A DNA stretch of 63,400 nucleotides, the filler included, from Collodictyon triciliatum (lineage: Eukaryota), in the NCBI GenBank assembly GCA_043381765.1. It is 5 parts of 5 records of this genome, joined end to end, with 100 filler letters (N's around TTAATTAATTAA, not from the genome) between each part and the next. Parts side by side here need not be neighbours in the genome. Positions count along the whole stretch, not along the records: positions 1 to 13,458 come from JBHJMP010000722.1; positions 13,559 to 24,062 come from JBHJMP010000723.1; positions 24,163 to 39,482 come from JBHJMP010000724.1; 2 more parts are not named here. One strand, written 5' to 3'. A program made the translations under genes and the position numbers. A model generated the notes under the pieces. The model had not been told where the DNA came from. It made no database searches and saw only the letters and a program-made list of their open reading frames with translations. Positions 12,370-25,125 of the stretch are shown here, in pieces. Position 1 is the stretch's first letter. Every line of letters starts with the position of its first letter.

Positions 12370-12484
12370 TGACGGTATCTTCACAGTAGCGTCTACTACT
12401 CGCGTTTGCTCTCTATCATGCGCCTATTCCACCCCTTGTATGGCTTAATCCTGTTGCACTTTGAATCGAATAAAGAGAAAAATA
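12370..12484 (+). mobile_element. 5'-truncated LINE-like 3' end (family A) with poly(A) signal and TSD
   Basis: Ends CTTTGAATCGAATAAAGAGAAAAA. Exact 14-bp duplication CTTTCTTTCAATTT at 12356-12369 and 12485-12498. Body aligns with the reverse complement of about 53912-54008. Confidence 0.8.
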
Positions 12485-12576
12485 CTTTCTTTCAATTTCC
12501 TACAAGCTTAGGGCATATTTGTTCAAACGAGTCGAACATTGATAAATATTTCTGGTTCTTTTTTTGCTTTTCAAAA

Positions 12577-13282
12577 CTATTGTGACGTTTTTAGTTTTTT
12601 AGCTCGCCAGTCTAATAGAACAGCCTCGGATAAAGCATCTTCCTCTGTTACAGTCTCATCTTTCTTCTGCTTTTGCTGATTTTTGCGAAGAAGCTCAAGT
12701 CTCTTTTTCAAGGTAACAGTTTTACCCTTGATTTCCTCCAACTTTGTTTCATGCTCTCTGGATGAATTAATAAGAATCAACTGATTACTTCGAATCGAAT
12801 AAGGGGTTAGAGTATGCAGCAAACCTTTGTTCAATCTCCAGGAAGTGCTCTCTTCTTTCGTGGTCTATTAAATCTTCTTGATTTTGGATAATTTCAAGAA
12901 GTTGAAGGTCTGACGATACTTGTTTATTAAACTCTTTCCAATCATCTCTAAAAATTTCATGGGTTTGTTTAAAATCAGCTCCCAGTAAGTAAACTTGAAT
13001 AAAGTTAAAATAAGTAAATGGAAGCGTAATTTCAAAAAAATTGTCTCACAATCCAACTAACAACTTTCGCACATATGGGTTTGAGTATTACATAATATAC
13101 TTATAATAATAATACAGCATTCTGAAATTTACATGCAAAGTGGACTAACATCGAAATGAAAGATATAATAGAAAAAACGTACTCGAATTCTTCCTCGGGA
13201 AGCTTTTCCCCTCGCATCTTGAAATCAGTTTTCTGGTCATCAAAAAATCCTTTTGGTAGTAAACCTTCTGGCTTCTCAGAGT
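12577..13282 (-). CDS. ZNF830: ZNF830/CCDC16-like splicing-associated protein, last three exons (5' end cut by contig linker)
   Basis: Spliced exons give LLPKGFFDDQKTD..EEFE/DDWKEFNKQVS...EIEQR/...LLDWRAKK, matching the family motifs LPEGFFDD, EW.EFQK and C-terminal DWRAK. Confidence 0.8.
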
Positions 13283-13458
13283 CTGTGGTTATTATATAAT
13301 AAGAAGAAAAGAAGAAAAGAAGAAAAGAAGAAAAGAAGAAAAGAAGAAAAGAAGAAAAGAAGAAAAGAAGAAAAGAAAAGAAAAGAAAAGAAAAGAAAAG
13401 AAAAGAAAAGAAAAGAAAAGAAAAGAAAAGAAAAGAAAAGAAAAGAAAAGAAAAGAAA

Positions 13459-13558
13459 NNNNNNNNNNNNNNNNNNNNNNNNNNNNNNNNNNNNNNNNNN
13501 NNTTAATTAATTAANNNNNNNNNNNNNNNNNNNNNNNNNNNNNNNNNNNNNNNNNNNN
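13459..13558. other. Artificial contig linker (N-padded TTAATTAATTAA, stops in all six frames); also at 24107-24118, 39527-39538 and 51149-51160
   Basis: Identical 12-mer centred in N runs four times, with genes truncated at some of these points. Confidence 0.95.
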
Positions 13559-14450
13559 AAAAAAACCAAAAAAAAAAAACACCCGCAAATACAACTCAAA
13601 ACACGCAAGACCTTTGCTGGGTGGAGGCTTTATCCAAATAATAAATTAATGCTGGCTTCCCATTTGTGTTTTATACAATCTGCCATCCATTTTTTGTTTG
13701 TTGTTTTTATCTTTTATAATTTCGATGGTTTTTTTAAGGCGAACTGCTTTTGCGAGATAAAAAAAGACAAAGACAAAGACAAAGACAAAGAAAATAGAAA
13801 ATAGAAAATAGAAAATAGAAAATAGAAAATAGAAAATAGAAAATAGAAAATAGAAAATAGAAAATAGAAAATAGAAAATAGAAAATACGAAAGGGAAAAA
13901 GGAGAAAATAAAAAAATAGGACTTTACTTCGACCACTCATTGACCTTCAGTTTGTCTGACCTTCCTGCGACCACTCCAGGTCCTGTTTATGGGCTCTTTT
14001 GGGCACCCACAAGCATTTCCAACCCTGCAAAGTGGCCCACCCAGCAGAGAAGCAACGCACGATCGTAGACTGTTTGTATCCACCCCACCAGACGGCCATT
14101 CAGTCCGTAATGTCCGATTTCCAACCTTAAGTGTAAGCCGTTCTTCCTACTCATAAGCGCCCATAAAATCTATAAATCATTTTTCTATTGGGATTAATTC
14201 ATATTCTTTTATTTTTGCACCTAACTGAGGTACGTTTAGAAGCACCGCAAGATTTTGCATACCCTTAATTGATGAATGAATAATAATATTTCTTACAACT
14301 TCTCGATTTAACTCCTTTTTTCACACATTCTACATTCTGAATCAATTTATTTATTCATCATCCATTCTATATATTCCATCTGTAAAGATTGCTTATATTG
14401 AAAATGATAAATTCATATTACAGGTAAAACTTGACTTGTCTCGAAAAAGC

Positions 14451-15450
14451 ATGGACAACATTCATGAGGACACATTAGCAGAGTCCAGTGAAAGTCATGA
14501 GAACGACTCAGATGAAGCAGAATTTGAGGATCGATTTAATAGATGCGCAACCTATGGGTTTCAAAAAGCCCAAAAAGAGGAAGAGTATGAAAGAGTACAA
14601 TCATTGATGAAGGCGATGAAATCACGTCAGTTTTTTTCCCCCTGTTCTTCCGTTCTTCCTTTTACACAAATATTGAAACTTAGGCACATTGGAGTACCAA
14701 GAGGCACTGCCCTTAAGCGTCATGTCTTTGAAATAAGAATTTTTCACATATTTAGAGAAAACTTCAGTATACTTTGATCTTGTGGCTGATTTACGAATCG
14801 AGCAATTAATTACTTTGCAAAGAAAGTTTCAACATCATAAGACTTTGTCTATGTGTCAGGTTACCTATTTTATTTTCCCTTTAAGAAATTATCTCATGTG
14901 GAATGATTCGTTTTTTTTTTTCTTAAAAAAAAAAAGAAGACTTCCCCGCATACCTTTTATTTTCCCCGTTATCTCACTCTCTTGTTCATACCCTATCATT
15001 TGTAGTTTATTACTTGTATGGAAGAGGTCATCGAAATGAACTCAAAAGAAAAACAGTTAAGATGGATTATAAAGCCTTTGATAAAATTAGGCATAACTTT
15101 GTGAAAGCTGGAGGATAAATCATAGAATATTTTGAAGTACACCGCCCATGGATTTGCTCACACACTAAATCCTGTCATAGAAGTAGCCAAAATACGCAGA
15201 TAATTCTGAGGCAGTTACTTTCTCTTTACGAACAAATCAACGTGAAACAGGCTAACGGGGTTACTGTTTGAATATTTTTAATAAACATATAATTAAAAAA
15301 TATTGACAGTTTCTATATACTAAACCCCCCCCCCCCCCCCCCCCCCCCCCNNNNNNNNNNNNNNNNNNNNNNNNNNNNNNNNNNNNNNNNNNNNNNNNNN
15401 NNNNNNNNNNNNNNNNNNNNNNNNNNNNNNNNNNNNNNNNNNNNNNNNNN

Positions 15451-15546
<96 letters not shown>

Positions 15547-17392
15547 GAAAATAAGGTGATAAAGGGAAATGCATATGAATTTAGCTGAATTATTTCATTA
15601 GGTTGCTTGCATGAGAGACCTTTCCAATGGCAAAATTATTAAAGAGTTTACTGGTCACTCGTCTGCTGTAGTGAGCGCTAGTATGTGCCTTCACATTCTT
15701 CTTGGTTATTTCTAATATTTTTCAATTTTCTAGTATTGAATTAAATCTTTTTCACCAAAAAAAAAACTGTCGACATATAGCATATGTAAGGAAGCACAAT
15801 ATGTATGTTACTTCGTCAGTAGACAGGTTTTCATTCCGTTTCATATTTATCTATACAAAAATTTAATACTTTCTAAAAGTTTGATTTGAATTCTTTCTCC
15901 TGTATGATTTTACAGTACAATCGGATGCTATGATTTTAACGGAGGGCGTTCGAAGCCAATCGAAACTGAGTATCCTCAGTTATGTTTTTCATGGATTGAT
16001 TTGCACGAATGTCTTGTATCTGGAGACACAAGGTGATTGAATTTAATTTATAAACAAAAAACGCAATTCTATCGCAGGTTTTTAATTCAGCGTAAATTTA
16101 TTTTCCTTGAAAGAATATATTAGATCATACTATGAAAGCTCGAATTCAGTTTAGTTTGTTACATAGGGGAATGATTCGTTTTTGGGATTTAGAGAACATG
16201 GCATCATACAGAGGCGGGTTGCATGGACACGATGACTGGATTATGGATATTCATGCCATCCAAGATTACAACCTGATCGCCACAGCCTCACTCGACCACA
16301 AAGTCAAAATATGGGACATGAAGTATTTACTATGTTTGATAGAAAATTCAAATACATTATTTATTTATTTATTTATTATTAATTTATTTGGAATTTGTAT
16401 TCATTACATTAACTTTACTCATATTTTTTCAAAGTATTCTATAGCCGTGAACCAAGAATTTCGCATACATGATTTGTACATTTATTTTTAAACAAATGGA
16501 AACTAAAAAACACAAACAATATCGTTTATCTTTATTATAGAACATTCACCCACGTTATTACCCACAAAGCACATACGTTGGGTGTCACATCGCTCACTTA
16601 TTCGACATTTTCAACGCTGTTGTTCTCTGCAGGATCTGAAAGGTCGAAGAAATCCCGTGTATAATGAGTTTTTCTGTCGTTGACGCTATTTTCTGTTTTG
16701 CGTCGATTATCTGACTTTTTAAATCTGATTATAAACACAGGGACATCTTGTCGTGGCACCCATCGAGAAAAGGGCTTGTACACAGGATAAAAGGTCATGA
16801 AAAGGGTCTGGTAGGGATTTTTAGTAAAGACGGTTCTCCAGAATTGTTTTCTGTTGATACTGGAGGGTGCGTCAAAATATGGGACATAAGACGGTAATAC
16901 ATTATTGATACAATAGTGATAGCAGTATAAGCATAAATAATATATAATTCAGTACTCATAACTTGATATTACCGAGTGTATACATTAATTCATCCCTGTG
17001 CTTGTTTTTTTAAATATCCTTTTGTGGATTGTTCGAAGGTTCTCTTGCATACAAACATTGAGTGTGGAACACAACAGTAACGAAGATTTAGAAGCCAATA
17101 AAGTGACGACAGCTTGCTTCGACGGAGACCACAAGTGATTAATTTTGATTTTATTGATGTGATGCAATCGAATTTATAATATAATACTATTTTATTTTGA
17201 AAGTTATGTAATTTAATCATTCTAAAACTTCAGGTGAACATTTGATTTTCGAAAACTTTCGCTTACCATTCCTATTGTAGCTATATTATTACAGCTGGTT
17301 CTAGAATTCAAGTCTGGAAACCGATGCAAGACCGCACCAATGATATCACGTCCACCAGTTCCATCACTGCTGTTTCATATTTGGATTATCAG
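14451..17392 (+). CDS. WD40-repeat protein (WDR49/CFAP337/WDR64-like architecture), N-terminal half, multi-exon
   Basis: Exons EFTGHSSAVVSA, GMIRFWDLEN..LHGHDDWIMDIHAIQDYNLIATASLDHKVKIWDMK, KAHTLGVTSLTYS, IKGHEKGLVG..SVDTGGCVKIWDIR, plus a degenerate EF-hand-like exon LYEQINVKQANG. Contains a gap at 15351-15450. Confidence 0.75.
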
Positions 17393-17886
17393 GTTTCCTT
17401 CTTGTATATTTAATTTTACCATAAAGTAATTGATCATTTTGAGTTTTCTTCTGTGAGAAATAACGAGCCGCACGTCTATGGAAATTTATTGGATTTCACC
17501 ATTATCATAACCATTTCTATTTCTATTTCTATTTCTATTTCTATTTCTATTTCTATTTCTATTTCTATTTCTATTTCTATTTCTATTTCTATTTCTATTT
17601 CTATTTCTATTTCTNNNNNNNNNNNNNNNNNNNNNNNNNNNNNNNNNNNNNNNNNNNNNNNNNNNNNNNNNNNNNNNNNNNNNNNNNNNNNNNNNNNNNN
17701 NNNNNNNNNNNNNNTTCTTTCTTTCTTTCTCTCTTTCTCTCTTTCTCTCTTTCTCTCTTTCTCTCTTTCTCTCTTTCTCTCTTTCTCTCTTTCTCTCTTT
17801 CTCTCTTTCTCTCTTTTGGAGGTACTTTTATTGGATTACATAGAAAATTCAGGAAACTAATATACATGTATGCATTTCTGGCTTAG

Positions 17887-18915
17887 ACATTGCAAATCCA
17901 TTTACAACTCCAGGCCGATTTTACATATCGTTGAGTCAATCAAAGGTAAATCGTATTAAGCCGTCCGATTAGTAGCTAATTCAATTAGTTGTATTTGAGA
18001 AATGTAAATATGTCACTTTTTCTTATTTGAAAATCTGATTCCATCAGAACATACAAGCACTCAAATTCAAGCAGGGAACAACTGAAATAACAAAGAAGAA
18101 AGATGTGACTGTAATCCCGATATAATATGACATACCATTGTTTTCAATCGAGGGGTTTAAGACATATTTATTTTGTTTTCTTACCTTGCTTATATGCAAC
18201 CCAGCCAAGCGTCGTTCCAGATGCATATTTTTGTCGACAAACAGTTGTGGAATTAAAGAGCCTCGAACAGACAACATTCTCCATATTCTTCATCCCATTC
18301 CAGATAGGCACATACAATTGCACAGTCGTGTTCGTTGATGAAAAAGGTATTTTTATTCTTCCAAACATAAATAAATGATTAACATGGATAATTGTCCTTC
18401 CTTCCTAGACGCATCCACAATTCTGAATTTTCTTGTATGTTAACGACCACAAACTATCATTAATTTGCAGTTGGAGAATTTGGATATGACTTAATCTCGA
18501 CCGCAACTCTTCCGAATGCTTTGGAAACGCTCAAGTTGAGCACCAAAGCTCAAACAAATGTCGAGAAAGATTTCTCCTTGCACTATCGAAATACTGCATA
18601 CGAAAAAGCTAAAAACTGGATGATTGATTTGGTGTTTACCAATATTAAAGTAATTTTTTTTTCAAATTACAATAGCAGCTCATACACTTAAAGTTAATAT
18701 TTTGAAATAATCTCATTAGCTTCAAATGCTAATTAACCCAACCGATTGTGGTCGCATACCTTTATCCTATCAATTTATAATGACAGGAAATTGAATCAAA
18801 AGACCGTGCCAGAGAAAGGCTATCGAAGGAAAAGAATAGAGAAAAGTAAACACGATGAAGCAACTGATGAATTTCATCTTCAGAAGAATTTTATTTCGCT
18901 TTTTGAGCGCTGCAC

Positions 18916-18956
<41 letters not shown>

Positions 18957-19037
18957 CACATATACATACACATATACATACACATATACATACACATATA
19001 CATACACATATACATACACATATACATACACATATAC

Positions 19038-19068
<31 letters not shown>

Positions 19069-19866
19069 TAATTCCAAAATGATTGCATTTTTATGTTGTT
19101 ACTACTGCTTTATCGTTTCTCATAGCCAACTTCCACAGATTGATGACTCGCGCTATTGATGAAGTGAGCAAAACTGTACCACCGTTGCCATCCATCATAC
19201 GATATAAAGTGGAGTATACATCGCCATTCTACTCTGGTCCTTTAGATGTGGATATTATATCCCCCGAAGAGAAAAAAGAGCAAAGGAAAAAAGTGAGTTA
19301 TCTATTACGTGGATATCCCATTAATTTTACTTCCCTTGTTTAATGTATTTCATATTTTGTATATGTTTCATTCAGCTGATTTCAAATTATATTTATTATT
19401 ATTGTGCTTTAAAAACAAACCCAAAGGGAGATGGTGATACACAATCCGTTTCTGGAACAAAACAATCCCTTCCTACAGTGAACAATCGGTTGAATATTAA
19501 TTTCCATGCCAATGCTGCTGGGCAATATCCGTGCAGAATTATACTTCGTTCTCCATGTAAGAATTTTATGTGTTTGTGTTTGTGTTTGTTTTTGTTTTTG
19601 TTTTTGTTTTTGTTTTTGTTTCTGTTCTTCATTACAGTTTACATACGGGAAGCAACCACCGTACAACCATTAAACGGCGTGTTTAGCTCGCTTATTTCCA
19701 TTTCTACCGGAACAATAATCTAGATGACACTCGCGTATACACCATCGAGGGAAATGCGATTGCACAAGACAAAAAAGCAACACTCGAATTTACCACCAAT
19801 GCTCGCCAAAACATCACACAGGAAATCCCCATAGCCAATATCACCTCTGAAGAATGGAGAATTCGG
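17887..19866 (+). CDS. CFAP47: Internal fragment of CFAP47-like cilia/flagella protein, bounded by gaps
   Basis: Exons [109 protein letters not shown] resemble the CFAP47 C-terminal Ig-like repeats. Confidence 0.75.
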
Positions 19867-20147
19867 GTAAACTCAATATCAATTTGGTTCGAATACTACA
19901 CTATCATTGTATTCAATTTTCCAATTTTTAATATTCCTATTCCTATTCCTATTCCTATTCCTATTCCTATTCCTATTCCTATTTCTATTTCTATTTCTAT
20001 TTCTATTTCTATTTCTATTTCTATTTNNNNNNNNNNNNNNNNNNNNNNNTCTATTCCTATTCCTATTCCTATTCCTATTCCTATTCCTATTCCTATTCCT
20101 ATTCCTATTCCTATTCCTATTCCTATTCCTATTCCTATTACTACTGC

Positions 20148-20219
<72 letters not shown>

Positions 20220-20228
20220 TATTATTAT

Positions 20229-20256
20229 CACTTTGAATCGAATAAAGGAAAAAAAA
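20229..20256 (+). mobile_element. Short poly(A)-tailed retro-insertion, family A, inside an (ATT)n tract
   Basis: CACTTTGAATCGAATAAAGGAAAAAAAA interrupts the microsatellite. The core matches the copy at 53274. Confidence 0.75.
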
Positions 20257-20257
20257 A

Positions 20258-20312
<55 letters not shown>

Positions 20313-20349
20313 CCTGCTTCTTATCCTGCTTCTTTTTATTTTATTTTAG

Positions 20350-23300
20350 GCGTACAAAAACTTTATCGTCGCGTCGGGAAGCGAGATTAGCATATGGGAT
20401 GCATTTACTGGCGATCTAGAGCACTCATTTAAATGTTCCCACGAGATTTCTCGCTTAATTGTTCTCGAGAGGAAAGTAAATATTACGACTAATTAAATAT
20501 TTTTTCAGAGGAATGTAGACATCTAAAAATCATACCTGCAAAACCTTACATATCTTCATATCTTCAGGCCGTCGTTGGATTGGTTTCTGGAGCTGTTGAA
20601 GCATACAATTTGTCCACGGGCACATTCCTATCCAGCGTTAAAGTATGTGGAAGTTGTTTTCCGTGCTAATATACGAGTGTTCAAAGAGAAAGAAGAGGGA
20701 AGAGCGAAAGAGAAAAAAAAACATGTTTGAAAGCAATCTGTATACTTCTTTTAATTCGTATGTTACGCTTCTGCTTCAATATGTAGCCATTTCAAGAAGA
20801 GGTGTCTCATCTACTAGAGAATGCACGAAATAACTTCCTTGTGGGAAACACAAACGGACAAGCTATTGTTTACCAATACCATAGCTTTACGGATGTGACA
20901 AAGAAATTCCAATTTGCAATCGGAGCAAGGTCCACTCCGTATATGTCATGCTGTGCTGAATCCAGGGTTTTAGCGGTCGGGAGTGATAAAACGGTGATGC
21001 TCTTTCGGTCTGATACTGGTATGCAACATCCGTCGAAATACACTTTCATATGCATAAATAGAGCCTTTTCATTCACCATAAGGGGTATGCAGAATGGCCT
21101 ATCGAAGCTATAAAATCATAGATATTTACAAAAATAATACTAATATTAATTATAATAAAAATTAAACAGGGGTTCCTCTTTGCAGCATAGAGTTGGATTC
21201 AGCCGTATGCTCCATTCTATTTTGTTCCTCCCTCCCAGCCTTGATCACCATAGACTCTTTCACTGTGCGCTTTTGGTCTATGGGGAATTTTACTGCCCTC
21301 CTGAGGATGGATTTGTCCTCAGTGATAAAGTCAGAGTCGGGAATTAAGTCTCCAACCTTGCTGGATTCTTCCTTTGACACGTTATTATATCGCGACCTTT
21401 CTACGAGACCAGCCTTAACACCGCCAACTCAGCCGAAAGTCTCTCCCACTTCATCAGGGTGGGCTGCCGGAGGCAAAATCATTGGTGCGCATTTTATATC
21501 CATTGACTCGATACCATTCTCTCATATTATTACTTTTCTTTTTTTTTTTAAAAAAATAATAATAATAATAATAATAATAAATCAAAACGAAACGGAAACA
21601 AAAAACAAAAACAAACTGCCGATTGTTCTGGTCGAATGAAAATTATTTGAAAATTAAATATTTTTGCTATTCATGTTAATGATCGTTAGCTTTGCATTAA
21701 CAAACGCCTAATAACCAACTCAGGTACCAATCCACCCTCCGATATATCGAGCATAAGTCAATGTTGTGTATCTAGTAAAGGCCTGTATATGGTATTGGAT
21801 TTGGCCGAAAATTCTGTAATGGTGTGGGACCTACGAAAAGTATTTGTCGGCTTTCACCTGTACTCTAGCACCAGTATGAAACTCTTTCTTTTTCTTTTTC
21901 TTTTTCTTTTTTCTTTTTTTCTTTTTTTCTTTTTTTCTTTTTTCTTTTTCTTTTCTCTAATAATATTTCTAATCAATTCATATTCTACAACGAAATATTA
22001 TTCTAAAATTTTAATTCATTTCTTGTGTGCGCATCGCAACCCATTTACTCCTTACTGAATTAATAATCTAGACGGGCAGTTTTTTCAGCTTCCAGAGGAC
22101 GATATTGTTCATTCAGTCCTTGAGCAGACCATGAAGACGGGCCACAATCAGAAGATGGAACTTCCAAAATATCCACCTTCAAACCTTAAGTATGCGCAGA
22201 AATTCTAGACGCCTGCCACTATAGTGGTTACACCTATAGACAATCACATATCCCATAAAAAAAAATCTATCTATCTATCTCTCTGTCTCTATCTCTATCA
22301 TATTTTTTTTTATGGAAATAACTGCACATAATTCATTTCTTCTCTAAAATATTTTGCTCCCTTTTTTTTTTTAATTTAGAAAAGAATTAAATATAAACAT
22401 AATAGAGAGATTACTATCCATGATGTTCGGCAATTGTACTTACGAAAGATATCATTCACTGAATCGGTTTGTATACCGGGTTCAAATAAAAATATTATTT
22501 ATTTGAAGTATAACAATGCATACAATGCTTCTCCCTCTATTACCTTGCTTCACAAGAAATTATCTATTATTAACTAAACGTCTCGGATTAACAACACGGA
22601 TGTGAAACTATCCTTTGGGTAGACTGATATTCGCGCCGGCTTGATGAACCTTGTGGACGACCCTTTTGTCATAGTAAGCGGGTGCAACGAAGGTAGGGCA
22701 CGCCTGTGGAATCTCGAAGGAGAAATCTTGGGTAACATTCCATTTAAACGCCCTGTGGCGATAATCTACTTCGATTTAAATGGGTTTTTTTTCTTCCTTT
22801 TTTTCTCTAACAGAGCACCATTCTGAATTCTATTGATTTTCCAACTGAGATTAAAAAAAAAAAAAAGGTAAATTTGCAAGGAATGGAGAAAACCAGTGGA
22901 TATATAAACCATCACAGAAAAGCGGTCCTCGTATTCCTTTAAACGCCGAAGTGAAGCAAGAGGTACATGATTTATCGTTTGAAGGACGAGAAAGACATCA
23001 GTATCAGCAACTATATTGATTCTATGATCGTTTATTTTTTTTCTAGTCAAAACCAGAACAATGGGATGAGTCTCTATTCTTGACTCCAACCAAACTTCAG
23101 CGGTGAGCCTAATGTTAAAATTTTGAGCAAGACAAAAGTATGATGCATAAATCTACCCATCGTAGATATAAATAAAGGAGCAAATAAATATACATATTAA
23201 GGAAAGAACAGTACATAAATTCGTGTCTCACGTTCAAAAAAGAAATTTATTTATGCCCCATATATGCTAATTGTATCTGTCTACTTTGTGATGCGATGTG

Positions 23301-23820
23301 AAATTAAAGATTATTATTATCATCATTATCAGACACACCCCTGATAAAAACCACAAGAGCCGCACTCGTACATCGAGCCAGTATTCTCCTTTTTACTCTG
23401 ACCTTCGAAGTGTGGGAGAAGTACGAGCCAATATCGGCCACTTATATTTTTCTTTACATCCCATGTGTACTTTTTTTTTTTTTTTAATAGAAGAGAATAT
23501 AGACATCCTGCACAAGTTAATAATCTTCTGACGACCTTTTTCCCCGTATTCCTGATTTATTTTTCACTTAATCAACGTATCGTTTCCTTGTGCGGTTGCA
23601 GGATTTGCAAGTGGCCTCTCCTTTTTACATGATGCGCAAGTCTTTCAGATACGTGCAATCTCCAGATCGGTTGTCTCCCACTCCGCAGCATCTGCAAAGG
23701 TCTAGCCCGTCTTCTTTTTACTCTTCTTCTCGAAGTGTCACTCCAGACTCCTCTGCCGACACGAAACTTCAACGAAAAGCCAAGGTTCTTGAGTTTCATC
23801 TGTCTTGCTTTCTGCTATGA
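20350..23820 (+). CDS. WD40-repeat protein, C-terminal half (probably the continuation of 14451-17392)
   Basis: Exons AYKNFIVASGSEISIWDAFTG, AVVGLVSGAVEAYNLSTG, LDLAENSVMVWDLRK, IVSGCNEGRARLWNLEG, then an S/P-rich tail ending at TGA 23820. Confidence 0.7.
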
Positions 23821-23967
23821 TTATATTGTATAGATTCTGATTTGAATTCATTGTAGACCCAAACAATTCACATATATATATATTCATTCAAGTTTCTTTC
23901 ATCAAACGTGAAGATTTTCTTTCCAAATCACATGACGTCATGAATCATACGAAAGAAGAAAGGCTTC

Positions 23968-24062
<95 letters not shown>

Positions 24063-24162
24063 NNNNNNNNNNNNNNNNNNNNNNNNNNNNNNNNNNNNNN
24101 NNNNNNTTAATTAATTAANNNNNNNNNNNNNNNNNNNNNNNNNNNNNNNNNNNNNNNNNNNN

Positions 24163-24256
<94 letters not shown>

Positions 24257-24273
24257 TAAACAAAACGTAGGCC

Positions 24274-25091
24274 ATGTCCGCTGCAAGTAACCCCACAAGC
24301 GTCGGCACAGCGTCCAACACCGCCGCGTCCCAGCCGCAAAGTCAGGGCCAGCAAAACACATGGAGTTCTCAGGCATCAAACGTGCCCCAAAGCGAAGTTA
24401 TCCTGCCGCTTCCAGTTACGTCCGAAACCACAGCTTCGGCTCCGCCAGTTACCTTGTCCGGAACAACTGCATCTAGCACAGAGGACTATTATCGCCTGCT
24501 TGCAGACTCCATGGCACGGGACAACAAAGCTTTGCGGCTGCGGCTGGACCAATGCGAGCAAGAAAACAGGGAGCTGAAGCGCTCCATTTACGAGCTGAGT
24601 GTCAGATACAATCGCGGACTGCAGTTACTCGCTTCGAAAGGCGCACTTGGCTGGGACCCGCTCTATTCAGAGGACGGCCACTCACGCCTCAATCAGCCGT
24701 GGATTCCGCCAAAGGCCCCATTGCAAAGCGGCCATAGTTCAAGCAAGCAAAGCGGACCTCCTTCTTTTCAGGCTGCCGCAGTTCCAGGTGCGTAGAAGGC
24801 CTATTTTATGCTGCGAGTTTTGCCTCTTTCTTGATGGGCCCCTAATGATGCATCGTTTTTTGGATTAGGGATTACTTTTTCTCTGAAATTTTCTTTATCT
24901 GTATCTGCGTATGTATCAACATATGTACCGCGTTTCTTTCCTTTTCCTTTTCGTCTTCCTTTCAGTTTGCACCAAGTATACATGTATTCCTAATGTATCT
25001 AATTCGTTATTAGCATACATACATACATACATACATACATACATACATACATACATACATACATACATACATACATACATACATACATACA

Positions 25092-25125
<34 letters not shown>

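Noticed and set aside
13503-13514. Palindromic TTAATTAATTAA repeated four times
   Set aside because: It is always centred in N runs. This is an artificial six-frame-stop contig linker, not biology.
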